Of a stretch of 64,000 bases of DNA, positions 37,394 through 47,137 are shown piece after piece (within the stretch, counting starts at the first letter, position 1; every line of letters begins with the position of its first letter). A program made the translations under genes and the position numbers. The stretch is taken from the IMG/VR virus record IMGVR_UViG_3300030419_004292; one strand, given 5' to 3'. The notes beneath the pieces were generated by a model that was not told the origin of the DNA, ran no database searches, and worked only from the letters and a program-made list of their open reading frames with translations. Source of the DNA: an uncultured virus (IMG/VR IMGVR_UViG_3300030419_004292) (lineage: Duplodnaviria > Heunggongvirae > Uroviricota > Caudoviricetes).

Positions 37394-38407
37394 TTAGATA
37401 AGTCCAGTGTTATCAATACGACCAGTTACATCAAGCTTGTTGAAGGTTGAGTAACTATAAGTTACGGTCGCGTTACCCCCACCGGTATCTCCACCAGTGT
37501 AAGAAACACTCGACAACTTGTTCTTAGTACCAAGGTCAAGAACAGTACCAGCATCGTCTTTGATAATGATGGTTCTGTTGCTCAAGTTCTCGTAGTCGCC
37601 AGAAACGCCAACCAAGTCACCAGTGGTGGAAACGGTTTCGAATTCTGAAGTAATTTCAAACGGGAACGTAGCGTATCGGTGGAATGGACCGAAACGACCA
37701 AGTTCCAGAATGTTTTCACGACCAAGGTCAGCACTAACGCTGATATTCTGGAGGTGACCCTTGTTGTCGCCAACATTGGGAACATCGCCGGGAATAGTTG
37801 AACCAGCAATATCAATCTTGGTACGTCTTACAACACCAGAAGGAGCAGCATCGTTACCATCAAACGTGTTGAAAGTACCGGCGGCGCCCATTGCTGTGCT
37901 AATTCTGCCAGCAACGTTGGAGTTAATAGCTTCGTGTGCTTTGTTCCAAGCCTTATCGTTGCCAACAAGCGTAACAGATTCAGTGGCGTTACCATCTACG
38001 GGATACGTATAAGCAACGGAACTGACATACATACCAGAAGCCATCATGACTGAGTTCGGAGTAACACCCGAAATGTAGTCGTTGGCGTCATCAAAGATGG
38101 CTAGATAAACATCGCATCTATCATTAGAACCGGCAGCAATACCGTTTCTCGCGTTGCGAGCAGCCATCAAGTAAACCAAAGCCGTGCCGTCGATAACCTT
38201 TTCAATGTTTACTTCAACGTCAGCAACTTCTTCCATGTTCTCGTAAATTTCAACCTGACCGAATTCAAAAGCTTGGTCAAGGGTAAAGTTACTGGTTACA
38301 CCAACACTTTGGACACCAAAGACGGAGTATTTACCGGCTGGTAAAGTACCCATGGGTGTGATAGCAACTCCTTGGCAAGCATAAAAGATTCTTTTATTTT
38401 GAGCCAT
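37394..38407 (-). CDS. Major tail tube protein
   Basis: 'GVQSVGVTSNFTLDQAFEFGQVEIYEN' and duplicated 'LQNISVSADLGRENILELG' tube-like beta motifs; strong RBS, own promoter motif, downstream terminator. Confidence 0.7.
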   Translation of the reverse strand: MAQNKRIFYACQGVAITPMGTLPAGKYSVFGVQSVGVTSNFTLDQAFEFGQVEIYENMEEVADVEVNIEKVIDGTALVYLMAARNARNGIAAGSNDRCDVYLAIFDDANDYISGVTPNSVMMASGMYVSSVAYTYPVDGNATESVTLVGNDKAWNKAHEAINSNVAGRISTAMGAAGTFNTFDGNDAAPSGVVRRTKIDIAGSTIPGDVPNVGDNKGHLQNISVSADLGRENILELGRFGPFHRYATFPFEITSEFETVSTTGDLVGVSGDYENLSNRTIIIKDDAGTVLDLGTKNKLSSVSYTGGDTGGGNATVTYSYSTFNKLDVTGRIDNTGLI

Positions 38408-38472
38408 TGAGATATCTCCTCGTTATTTTCGAAAAATGTTCTATCCAGCTTAATCGTCTAGTAGGGCTAATC

Positions 38473-38488
38473 TATAATACACCAATTT
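38473..38488 (-). promoter_or_regulatory. Candidate late-promoter motif GGTGTATTATA
   Basis: Intergenic, upstream of the tail tube gene. Confidence 0.6.
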
Positions 38489-38509
38489 TATCAAAATTGC
38501 TGTAAAATA

Positions 38510-39481
38510 TCATATTCCAGTTACCTCTGTGGTCATCCGAACAGTACCAACGTAAAGATTTGGATTCAACATGGTTAAACCCTGAGATACACAGGTTGGT
38601 ATAAACATCTTTTTCCAGCGTAATCCACCATCTGCCGTATCCGATACCAAGTCTGGATATCTTCCGCTGGCAAGAGCATGAGTTGTTAACTCACCCCTGT
38701 AATTCAAGGGGTATTTATTTTGTGTGGCAAGTAAGTTAGTGTCAAACATCCACAGCGTTTTTTCTTCTTGTAGGGTTACAGTGTCTACTAACTGCGAAGC
38801 GGTATATTCCTCTTCCGCCAAAACATGCAGTAAAACATCTGTATAGGCTCGTCGAGTAGAGCCTAATTCGTGAGGTTCAAATCTTCTTCTAGGAACCACC
38901 TCTACCGCTATCGCGGGAAGTTGAACCCTGTTTTGCCCCAATTGAGACCAATCGCCAGATCCCGTCTGGAGAAAATGGTCACTGTCAACTCTCTGTGAGT
39001 TATACTGAATCTCTCTAAACCAAGGAATTCCCTCGGCCTTAATAACATTTACCCACTTATAGCTAAACTCAATTGATACAGTAGAAGTTGTGGCGATTGC
39101 TGTATCGAATACAACCCTACCGTTTGGATAGTCTACATGGTGTGCATATGTACCAACACCAGTTCCGGGTTGAAAGTCTCCCCCGACATAAACACCGGAT
39201 ATTTGAATGGGTTGAGTACTAGGAGCAACTCCAGTTTCCCAAACCCAGTTAGATCTATACCCCTCCCAGACCTGCCCAGCAGTATAATTAGGATCATCTA
39301 CTAGGCGAAGCTTATGCTTATCACCACCATACAAGCCGCTTGCTGGCATATTTACATTGAAGTATCCGCCAGCTTCAAGGAGTCCCCAGTTAAAAAACTC
39401 TATTACATTATCGCTGACCTGTGTAGAGATCATCGAATTTGCGATATTGCTTACGCCCTTTAGCTGTGTGTAGTCTGGCAT
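38510..39481 (-). CDS. Putative tail terminator / neck protein
   Basis: Immediately upstream of the tube gene; 'VQLPAIAVE' motif typical of tail-completion proteins; 'VDYPNGRVVF' insertion. Confidence 0.5.
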   Translation of the reverse strand: MPDYTQLKGVSNIANSMISTQVSDNVIEFFNWGLLEAGGYFNVNMPASGLYGGDKHKLRLVDDPNYTAGQVWEGYRSNWVWETGVAPSTQPIQISGVYVGGDFQPGTGVGTYAHHVDYPNGRVVFDTAIATTSTVSIEFSYKWVNVIKAEGIPWFREIQYNSQRVDSDHFLQTGSGDWSQLGQNRVQLPAIAVEVVPRRRFEPHELGSTRRAYTDVLLHVLAEEEYTASQLVDTVTLQEEKTLWMFDTNLLATQNKYPLNYRGELTTHALASGRYPDLVSDTADGGLRWKKMFIPTCVSQGLTMLNPNLYVGTVRMTTEVTGI

Positions 39482-39485
39482 AATA

Positions 39486-40124
39486 TCATCCCATATGTCT
39501 TCTTATTATACGACTTATCCGATTTTCTGAACCCTTAAAAGCTCTAGTTATAAAGTTGTTTTCTTCTGTACCTGAAAAACTTGGGTTGACTCTAAAAGTT
39601 CCGCCTTCTGACATTGATGCGAGGCCGCTTCTTCCAGAACCGTCTTTATATTCGACCTCAAACTCTGTAATTATAATTTTATCCCCAAGAGTCAAAAGCC
39701 ATTTCAGCCAAGGCAAAGCGGTCCCCTTCTCTGTAACGACTTTAGCATTTGGCAAATTCAATAAATTAGAAAGGTCTTTTGGTTGAATTTCTATAGCGAG
39801 TCCCCCAGAAAACCCGCCTCTACCCCCTCGAACTAATTTGAACTCTACATCTACGCTAGCAACAATTGCTTCTATAATTTCTAATGTTGGGTCTATTTCT
39901 TTAGGAATACCAAAAGCCCCCCTCAACTCACCATTTCTTAAAGATTGAATTTCTGGGGATACTTTTAATAAGTCTCTTACAAGCGCCTTCAAGTCTCTTT
40001 TAATTTTGTCAACGCTTAATCTTAATTTATTATTAAATTGTTCCGCAATACCTTGTGACAACTTTCTTTCTATGGTCTTTACATCGTCTTTTAAATTGAT
40101 TCTCACTCTTAAAGCGCGAGTCAT
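39486..40124 (-). CDS. Putative neck / tail-completion protein
   Basis: Connector-module position; C-terminal 'GTEENNFITRAF' resembles HK97 gp10-like proteins; ATG at 40124 overlaps the upstream stop. Confidence 0.45.
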   Translation of the reverse strand: MTRALRVRINLKDDVKTIERKLSQGIAEQFNNKLRLSVDKIKRDLKALVRDLLKVSPEIQSLRNGELRGAFGIPKEIDPTLEIIEAIVASVDVEFKLVRGGRGGFSGGLAIEIQPKDLSNLLNLPNAKVVTEKGTALPWLKWLLTLGDKIIITEFEVEYKDGSGRSGLASMSEGGTFRVNPSFSGTEENNFITRAFKGSENRISRIIRRHMG

Positions 40125-40633
40125 TATCCCCTCCTCTCCCAAAAGTTTACAACATATTTTACCGGATTTTGTTTAAACCCTTGGGGATAAGAGGAACCCA
40201 TTCTTTGAAATCTAAATGTTTCATAGGAAGCTATCTTGTGTTCTTGAAGTTCCATATATTGACATCTAGTTATCTTGGGCATGTGGGTCATGTCTGCTAC
40301 GGTCTGAATAACATTGTCTGGCACATCAATCGGAATACCGACATCTACCCAGTTTTTTCTATTCCAATAAACTCTCATTGGAATTTCATCACTAGAAAGA
40401 GTCGCCTTGTATCCAACGCCACCACAAAGCGGACAAGGCATTCCACGGGGGAAGGGATAGTCTCCCCCAGACCTATAAATACTAGTAGATCTGGAGGATC
40501 GACCTATCGTACTAATGATGCAGTTTGGACACTCTGTTCTTTTCTCTGGATATACTAACTTACACGTTCTCTCAAAAAGAACAATCGCCTCATTATACTT
40601 AGAGAAAACGCCAGATGGTAAGCTAATAGCCAT
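40124..40633 (-). CDS. Putative head-closure protein with Zn-finger insertion
   Basis: ECPNC ... CPLCGGVG; connector-module position. Confidence 0.45.
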   Translation of the reverse strand: MAISLPSGVFSKYNEAIVLFERTCKLVYPEKRTECPNCIISTIGRSSRSTSIYRSGGDYPFPRGMPCPLCGGVGYKATLSSDEIPMRVYWNRKNWVDVGIPIDVPDNVIQTVADMTHMPKITRCQYMELQEHKIASYETFRFQRMGSSYPQGFKQNPVKYVVNFWERRG

Positions 40634-40649
40634 GTCTAATTACCCTTAA

Positions 40650-40868
40650 TTAGTCAGCAGTATCGCCTGCATAGTAACGAGGTTCATCAAACTTGTGGTC
40701 ATAGATAGTATTTAGATCAGACACAAAGTTTGCATTTGTAACTGTGGGATCAATTGTAAGATTTGAACCGGTGTTCCTTGCAGCAGCCAACCCTTTTGGA
40801 CCGCCAACAAAAACCGCTCCATTGTTACTAGTTGTCACACTATCGTGCGCAGTTTCTACTATAGCCAT
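40650..40868 (-). CDS. Small hypothetical protein
   Basis: 72 aa; AGGAG RBS; fills the operon gap. Confidence 0.55.
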   Translation of the reverse strand: MAIVETAHDSVTTSNNGAVFVGGPKGLAAARNTGSNLTIDPTVTNANFVSDLNTIYDHKFDEPRYYAGDTAD

Positions 40869-40878
40869 AATTTACTCC

Positions 40879-41391
40879 TTATTCGAAATTCATAGATCTA
40901 TCTGTTAGTGATGTTCTATTAACATTATCGCTTGCCGGGGAATACGGACTAAGAATAGCTTGACCGGCTATACTGTTGCCCGCCTTCCACTGCATTATAT
41001 AGTGGTCGTATTTATTACACATATCTTTATATATAACGTGCAATCCAGATGTTATTCCCCTCATATCAATACTAGAAGGACCATCTTTAACGACAATAGC
41101 ATTCAATGCGTTAGTTCTGACTTCACTTCCCAGTATGATACAGGCGGCTTTTAAAGAAGCTAGATTAATAAATGCATCATCTTTGGTTGTGAGGGTTGTA
41201 GGATCTGGCGACATGTCCAAGGCATCTGTATCTATAGTATACGTGTTATCAAAATCTACTTCTTTTAAAAGCAATTGAGCAGCAACAAGAACAGACTCTT
41301 CTAATCTGTCATCTGTAAAAGTGTAATTAGAAGAATCTAAATCATTGATAAGATGTCTTACAATTCTAACCATTTCATTTTGCCAAGCCAT
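40879..41391 (-). CDS. Putative head-tail adaptor
   Basis: 'VRHLINDLDSSNYTFTDDRL' resembles the adaptor signature (R..I.D....F.D..L). Confidence 0.6.
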   Translation of the reverse strand: MAWQNEMVRIVRHLINDLDSSNYTFTDDRLEESVLVAAQLLLKEVDFDNTYTIDTDALDMSPDPTTLTTKDDAFINLASLKAACIILGSEVRTNALNAIVVKDGPSSIDMRGITSGLHVIYKDMCNKYDHYIMQWKAGNSIAGQAILSPYSPASDNVNRTSLTDRSMNFE

Positions 41392-41400
41392 TTTTATCCC

Positions 41401-41721
41401 CTAGAGGTTTCTATGAACCTTAAATGTATGAATATCAGAGTGAAAAGTCTGATCGCTTATTATTACTTTTGCTTGCATTTTCCAGATACCATCTTCATCT
41501 AAATCACCAGACACTGTTGTGTAGTATAATTTACCATCAGTTCCATCTGTGTTAAATGATGCAGCTTTGTCCATGGTAGAACCTGATGGCTTCTTGAAAA
41601 TAATTCTTTTATTAGCAGCAGTAGATCCTGTTCCGCTAATGTCTACAGTAGAAGAACCATCTTTCATGGTTACTAAAAATTTTGTACCTATGTCGCTAAT
41701 ACGTATTTCGTTTTGAGGCAT
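41401..41721 (-). CDS. BppU N-terminal-like Ig-fold structural protein
   Basis: 'DIGT', 'FKKPSG', 'DGKLYYTTVSGDLDEDGIWKMQAKV'. Confidence 0.55.
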   Translation of the reverse strand: MPQNEIRISDIGTKFLVTMKDGSSTVDISGTGSTAANKRIIFKKPSGSTMDKAASFNTDGTDGKLYYTTVSGDLDEDGIWKMQAKVIISDQTFHSDIHTFKVHRNL

Positions 41722-41722
41722 T

Positions 41723-44083
41723 TTATCTCTCCAAGCCGACTGAGAGTTCTCGATCTATATATCTAGATGTTGACAATTGTGAATCTATATTTAAGTCGGT
41801 GTTCATTTGTTGGAATATATAACCGTCTAAAGCTTTGTTCTGATTTATAAAACCTTCCAAACTTTCAACTTGATTTATATACAAAGTAATTAAAACATTG
41901 TCCGGTAGGAACATTACTGGCGTAGCAGTAACGGTCGATGATCCAGAAACATCCAACTTTCCTCTTAAAGTCTGCGCACCACTACTAGAAAATGTAGCGG
42001 CAGACTCTATGGTCGTCTTCCCTCCAGTATACAATACACCATTTAATACGGCACTTGCTTGATTAGATAGCGCAACTGTCGTAGTTCTTAACCTGACACC
42101 AGCTATAGACAGTGTGCCCGCGCCAGAAACAGATGCGGCTGCGGTTCTTAAAACCGATCCATTTGCGGCAACAGTGGATGGGCCAGTAAGTATACTTACA
42201 GCCTTTAATTTTATTCCTTCTCCTATAGACATACTCGCAGAAGACGAGAAAGAAACTGGGTTAGCCCACATGGTCTGGCTTCCGTGAGCGCCCAATCTTG
42301 AAGCACTTAAGTCAAATGCGTCACTGAACTCTTGATTAAATGCTCCAAGCTGATTTATTGAAAGTATGCCTCTCAGTGTCATCCTGCCAACAGTTGTCTT
42401 CGTAGCGACCCCAGATGGAGAGACTCCTCCAGCCACGCTTAAGCTGGCCTTCGTCGTTAAAGTACCCTGTCCTGTAACAGATACAGCAGCCTGTACAGAC
42501 GAATACCCGGCAGAGGAAAGTGTCGAAGAAGAGCTTGTAGACAGTTTTCCAGCTACTTTTACCGACCCATTGGTTGATAGGGTTGACGGCCCTGTTAGTA
42601 TTCCAACTCCTGTTGGCATGGACGTGCCGCTTGCAGACAGCGTTGCAGAAGAGGATAGATTAAGACCCCCCTTCTGAACTGGCCTTCCATCTACACTTAA
42701 TGTTCCCTGCGTAGAAATGGATTGTGCGGCAGACAACCTCAACGAGCCGTCAGAAGCAACGCTTGCAGATCCAGAGATGGATGCTGCACCAGCCATTATT
42801 AAATCGTTACCCTTGGCGTCTGGATCAAGAAGTTGAACACTTCCTGTAAATGACTGAGCACCCTTTAATTTAAGATGTGCATCGGAAGAAAGTGCTGCGG
42901 TTCCAGAAATTGAGACTACACTTCCTGTGATTATAGAGCCTGTTACACCAACAGTAGCTGGCCCCGTACTAACAACCACACCTTTAAGTTTAGCTGGACC
43001 CTTGAAAGTAGCGGTTGCAACGGAGGATAGATTGACAGCAAAGCCAAGTGTCAGCTTTTCATCACCAGATAACGAAGCAGAGGAAGAAATCGAAGAAGCG
43101 CCACCAATCTTTATTTCTGAATCAATTTCCATTGTCGTGTTAGGGACATTGAAAATATCTGGTATTATCGGTGGACTAGATCTGTATATTGAATAAGGAT
43201 TGATATACAGTTCTTTTATCTGAGACGCTGACAATGATTTCTGATAAATTAACGTAGACTTTAGTCTCATATGGGTGGGATTAAGTCCACTAAAAGAATC
43301 GTTGCCCCATCTAAGAGTAGAGCTATCCAGATCTAAAGCTCCGACACTGGCGCTATCTTTTTCTACGCCATTTATATATACCCTCTCTGTTGACCCGTCA
43401 TACGTTACAGCAATCTGTTGCCACTCATCAAACGTCAGAGAGGCATCGCTATACGTATTGCTTTCTCCAACGTGATCAACTTCTATTTTGCCGCCAGAGA
43501 CAAATATCAATATAGACTTATCAAGTCCACTATATGCAGTATGGTTCCAACCATTGTGAAAAATACAACCCTGCCTACCAGAACCACTCTCGCTACCAGC
43601 CAGCTTTTGCCACCAAACTATAGACCAAGAATTTGATCCGTCTAGGGCGTCAACAGCTTTTCCGGTTTGTTCTATAACGGTAATATCGTTAGGGGTGCTG
43701 CTATCAGGACTATTAAGCCTTAAACATCTTTCGGCAAGTGGGCCATTTATGTCCACCTCCCAGTTAGGTGCTCCCGGCTCCATAGCCCTACCGGCAAAAT
43801 CCCAGTGATATATTTGAGCATCGTTGTTATATGATGATACATCGTGGGCAACGTTGCCAGCGCCCTCATATAAAGCCAAGGCGCTTACTAGCCCATCGGA
43901 CATCGGTTGAGCTAGGTTTAGTCTGGGTAATTCTGGTTTTCTATTTCGAGATAAGCCGCCGCGTGGAATAATAATTGGCTCACGACCAAATTCAACGGCT
44001 CCGTCTACATATGAAGCTTCCGCTGCCACGCCTGCTGCTGCGTGTGAAAGCGGAGCTTCACTGACTGCATGAAAACCAAGCAT
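41723..44083 (-). CDS. LamG/ConA-like domain fibre or adhesin with Ser/Thr-rich repeats
   Basis: 'WQQIAVTYDGSTERVYINGVE ... IYQKSLSASQIKELY' LamG motif, followed by about 20-aa S/T/G/A-rich repeats. Confidence 0.7.
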   Translation of the reverse strand: MLGFHAVSEAPLSHAAAGVAAEASYVDGAVEFGREPIIIPRGGLSRNRKPELPRLNLAQPMSDGLVSALALYEGAGNVAHDVSSYNNDAQIYHWDFAGRAMEPGAPNWEVDINGPLAERCLRLNSPDSSTPNDITVIEQTGKAVDALDGSNSWSIVWWQKLAGSESGSGRQGCIFHNGWNHTAYSGLDKSILIFVSGGKIEVDHVGESNTYSDASLTFDEWQQIAVTYDGSTERVYINGVEKDSASVGALDLDSSTLRWGNDSFSGLNPTHMRLKSTLIYQKSLSASQIKELYINPYSIYRSSPPIIPDIFNVPNTTMEIDSEIKIGGASSISSSASLSGDEKLTLGFAVNLSSVATATFKGPAKLKGVVVSTGPATVGVTGSIITGSVVSISGTAALSSDAHLKLKGAQSFTGSVQLLDPDAKGNDLIMAGAASISGSASVASDGSLRLSAAQSISTQGTLSVDGRPVQKGGLNLSSSATLSASGTSMPTGVGILTGPSTLSTNGSVKVAGKLSTSSSSTLSSAGYSSVQAAVSVTGQGTLTTKASLSVAGGVSPSGVATKTTVGRMTLRGILSINQLGAFNQEFSDAFDLSASRLGAHGSQTMWANPVSFSSSASMSIGEGIKLKAVSILTGPSTVAANGSVLRTAAASVSGAGTLSIAGVRLRTTTVALSNQASAVLNGVLYTGGKTTIESAATFSSSGAQTLRGKLDVSGSSTVTATPVMFLPDNVLITLYINQVESLEGFINQNKALDGYIFQQMNTDLNIDSQLSTSRYIDRELSVGLER

Positions 44084-44094
44084 GATTTACTTCT

Positions 44095-44502
44095 TCAAGA
44101 AATTATTGTTTCATAAACTTCTGCACTTACCGTTATGGCGGAATTAGAATCATTGTTTTTAGCGTAAACTTTGAAACCCTTCGCACTAACAGGTATTTCA
44201 ACTGTCTTAATTGCAGGATTATCAGTATTAGTATCTAAGGTCGCTATATGCATACCGTGTCCAGCAGTATCATATTCATCTGAACTCGCTGCATCTGGAT
44301 CTCCAGTAGTATAAAGCAGAAAAAAATCAACGGTGTCGCCAGAAGCGGGAGTCCCTCCGTGATTAGCCTTAATAGTGATCATTGCAGTCACAGAATTGGA
44401 ACTGAAAGTATGAGCATCACTAGTTTCATTACCACTAGAGCTAACCGACTTTGAAGTTGCAGAACTCCAAGTTACTTGAGTATTACTCTTTGAAATAGCC
44501 AT
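44095..44502 (-). CDS. Hypothetical structural protein (beta-sandwich)
   Basis: Coupled ORF in the fibre cluster; S/T-rich. Confidence 0.5.
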   Translation of the reverse strand: MAISKSNTQVTWSSATSKSVSSSGNETSDAHTFSSNSVTAMITIKANHGGTPASGDTVDFFLLYTTGDPDAASSDEYDTAGHGMHIATLDTNTDNPAIKTVEIPVSAKGFKVYAKNNDSNSAITVSAEVYETIIS

Positions 44503-44954
44503 TATGCCCTCGCTTTTATTATATCGTCTCTTTGAAGCGGCAAACGAATATTCAATTCATGCGCCCTAGAAACCGTTTGTGTGGCGGTGGTATAAAGATC
44601 GTTTTTATCTGACTCACTCAAAATTTCCGCAGCGACTAAAGTATCTAACATTGACGCTCTATCAGAAAGATTCAAATCCAAGTCTGTACCGTCTCTCTCA
44701 ATCATCTTCATTGCCGCCCAAGCGATAGACCTTAGCTCGTCGGTCTTAGTTTCATCTTCCATGGCTCTCTTGATTTTCATAAATCTACCGCTCATGGCAG
44801 ACCAAGCCAAAAGATCGTCCGATCTAATTGGAATTAGAACGTCCCTATCAACCTCGATAAGAGAGTGTATAACTTCTACTTCATCCATAGAAGCATACCC
44901 TCTACCTAGAGGATCATTTAATAACTCGTCTCTTAGCCTAGTATGGAAACTCAT
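44502..44954 (-). CDS. Hypothetical protein
   Basis: Coupled ORF; 'L..DPLGRGYASM' N-terminal motif. Confidence 0.5.
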   Translation of the reverse strand: MSFHTRLRDELLNDPLGRGYASMDEVEVIHSLIEVDRDVLIPIRSDDLLAWSAMSGRFMKIKRAMEDETKTDELRSIAWAAMKMIERDGTDLDLNLSDRASMLDTLVAAEILSESDKNDLYTTATQTVSRAHELNIRLPLQRDDIIKARA

Positions 44955-44963
44955 TACAGCCCC

Positions 44964-45404
44964 CTATGCCATGCTAATATCAATATCACCAGCGTTAAAT
45001 CTGAAAATGTCGCCGTTAGTTACAATTCTTGGTGTTGTGAGGGCGCCATAAAGAAGTACGTTGCCCTTGCCCCATCCGGTTGCATCTACAATAGCAACCC
45101 CAGAAATATAACCCCAGTCTGCGGTAGCCTGAGCAAACTCGATTGCAGAGACATTTGTAGTTGTTGGAGTTACTGTTCCTGATGGAATTGAGAAATAAGT
45201 ATTGCTCGGACTACCGAGATTCTTACGAACGTATGCTCCACCGGCGTGATCGCCAGCAATCTCGGGGATATTGGCGCCAGTATTTGCATCTACAGGAACA
45301 CCTGAACATAGAGCTAAACAGATTTTGCTCGGCTTAGAGATAGTTTGGCCTCTAAGAAAATGATCGATAATTCCTGATTCTAGATAATCAGACATTGCTG
45401 ACAT
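44964..45404 (-). CDS. Phage fibre/structural protein (small beta-sandwich)
   Basis: 'MSDYLE...LDH' start and 'F..ATADWG.I...AI.DA...GN.L..G.L..P..V..GD.F.F.AG' pattern of a common phage minor structural family. Confidence 0.65.
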   Translation of the reverse strand: MSAMSDYLESGIIDHFLRGQTISKPSKICLALCSGVPVDANTGANIPEIAGDHAGGAYVRKNLGSPSNTYFSIPSGTVTPTTTNVSAIEFAQATADWGYISGVAIVDATGWGKGNVLLYGALTTPRIVTNGDIFRFNAGDIDISMA

Positions 45405-46240
45405 TAGATTATCTCCTTAATTGTAAGTTCTGGTTTATAATGTAAAGAAGTACTTGTTGATTTGGTTACCCCACTATTATGATACACCAAACCCTCTATG
45501 TAATCGCCTGAAGCTAAATCCAAAGTTATCGTAAGTGTAGACATCGGTCTAGCAGAACCATGACTAGAGTAGTCAAAATGATACTTTTGCACAGTTGACC
45601 CATTTAATTTAAGTCCAGATGCAATATATTTATGTTCAAAAGCTTGAAGAGAATTGTAAACGACAATCTGATATTTTCCCGCCCTCTTTATAGTCACCCT
45701 GTATGTAGAGCTTGTGTCGGCAATAGAACCAACATCAAATACTTCGTTGTCATAATTCACGACTGTAATAATATCGTGACTTATACTTTGTGCGGCATCT
45801 CTGGTAATTTTTGCATGAAATGGAATCAAATTCTTTTCCAAGATATGCCAGTTACTACCGTCGCTTTGTATCTTAACAGACTCATACTGCATATATAGGT
45901 TGTAAGTCGTTGCCCCATCTATGGTTTCGCTACTGTTGCCGTCGATAATAACCTTATAGGTTTCACCAGAGTGTATCTTCTTAATATTGTATATTCTCTC
46001 ATTAGCTGAACTGGCAGAAGGAAGAGTGATAGTTGCGTCGGCAGCAGAATTGTTTACAAGTATTGTGGCAAATTCAGCGGCTGTATAACTCCCCGTTACT
46101 GTGGTAACACCCATCTCTGTAGAATCGGTAATATCCGTAACTATATCCCTGATATCCTGTGCGGATATTGAACCGGAGGTGTTGTCTGCCAAGTCGGCAT
46201 TTATGTTAGTCTGTAATGTAGACTTAGTTCTTTGTGTCAT
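45404..46240 (-). CDS. Fibre protein with C1q/TNF-like C-terminal domain
   Basis: 'TITLPSAS...RIYNIKK...ETIDG...QSDGSNW' fibre domain, then 'FHAK...VNYDNEVFD...VTIKRAGKYQI...LDLASGDYIE' C1q-like. Confidence 0.6.
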   Translation of the reverse strand: MTQRTKSTLQTNINADLADNTSGSISAQDIRDIVTDITDSTEMGVTTVTGSYTAAEFATILVNNSAADATITLPSASSANERIYNIKKIHSGETYKVIIDGNSSETIDGATTYNLYMQYESVKIQSDGSNWHILEKNLIPFHAKITRDAAQSISHDIITVVNYDNEVFDVGSIADTSSTYRVTIKRAGKYQIVVYNSLQAFEHKYIASGLKLNGSTVQKYHFDYSSHGSARPMSTLTITLDLASGDYIEGLVYHNSGVTKSTSTSLHYKPELTIKEII

Positions 46241-46242
46241 AT

Positions 46243-46761
46243 CTAGTCACTTATATTAATGGCGGCTTTAATTGTAATGTTCGGATCTGACGCATCAAAG
46301 GGACTTAAATCTAAAACTACTCCGTTAATCTCCTCTACGGTTCCAGCCCCGTCCACCTCTTCCTCTTTAGCTATAGCCATTCCAGCCACGGACTTTATCC
46401 AGTCAAGCAGAGAACCGATATACTGGGCGCGGTTTTCCCAGCCGTTTGCCCTTGCCTCACTGTACAGAGCCTGAAACATTTGCTGTCTAAACACCGGATA
46501 TTTTTCAGCGATATACTCTGCTGTCTGTCTAGAAAGCTCTTCTTTTCTATGATCTCTCGTGGGCGTTAGTAGATAGTCCTCTATGTTGTTGTTATAGATA
46601 GCCCAAGCTTCTTCTAGCTGTTCTTGGGTTACACCATCTACATGGAGATGTCCCCCTTCAAACCTGTAATATTCCGCAGGACGAGAACCACCCGGTTCTA
46701 GACCTAGGATCTCGATTATCTTTGGGATATTATGTTCTGGTGATATTTGAATACTAGCCAT
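46243..46761 (-). CDS. Hypothetical protein, possible fibre assembly chaperone
   Basis: Downstream of the long fibre gene; C-terminal 'AGTVEEINGV' resembles fibre-chaperone termini. Confidence 0.4.
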   Translation of the reverse strand: MASIQISPEHNIPKIIEILGLEPGGSRPAEYYRFEGGHLHVDGVTQEQLEEAWAIYNNNIEDYLLTPTRDHRKEELSRQTAEYIAEKYPVFRQQMFQALYSEARANGWENRAQYIGSLLDWIKSVAGMAIAKEEEVDGAGTVEEINGVVLDLSPFDASDPNITIKAAINISD

Positions 46762-47108
46762 TATACATACTCTGGACCAGAGGGTGGTGTCTCCACCTCT
46801 AGGTTAATTTGTCCCAAGGTGGAATCAACTGTATCTTCGATTGTCTTATGGGCGCTGTCAATTTCTTTGTTAATCTCATAATCTTTGATTATATTTTTTA
46901 TATAATCCAAAAGGCATAAGACAACAAATTCATTTTTTAAAACCGTTAGTTCTTCTTCGGTAGGATTATTAGCATCTTTGTTTTCTAAAAAATCGGCCCA
47001 CAGTCCACGCTTTTTAAAAGAGAGAGCCTCTCCAGCTTTTCCAATTAAGGAGTCTGGATATGTTATTTTGATATCTTTCCCAGCAAAGCTGGCTGTTATT
47101 TCCGCCAT
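46761..47108 (-). CDS. Hypothetical protein
   Basis: GGAG RBS; 115 aa. Confidence 0.5.
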   Translation of the reverse strand: MAEITASFAGKDIKITYPDSLIGKAGEALSFKKRGLWADFLENKDANNPTEEELTVLKNEFVVLCLLDYIKNIIKDYEINKEIDSAHKTIEDTVDSTLGQINLEVETPPSGPEYV

Positions 47109-47137
47109 TATTTTCTCCCAGTTAAATCGTTGTTATA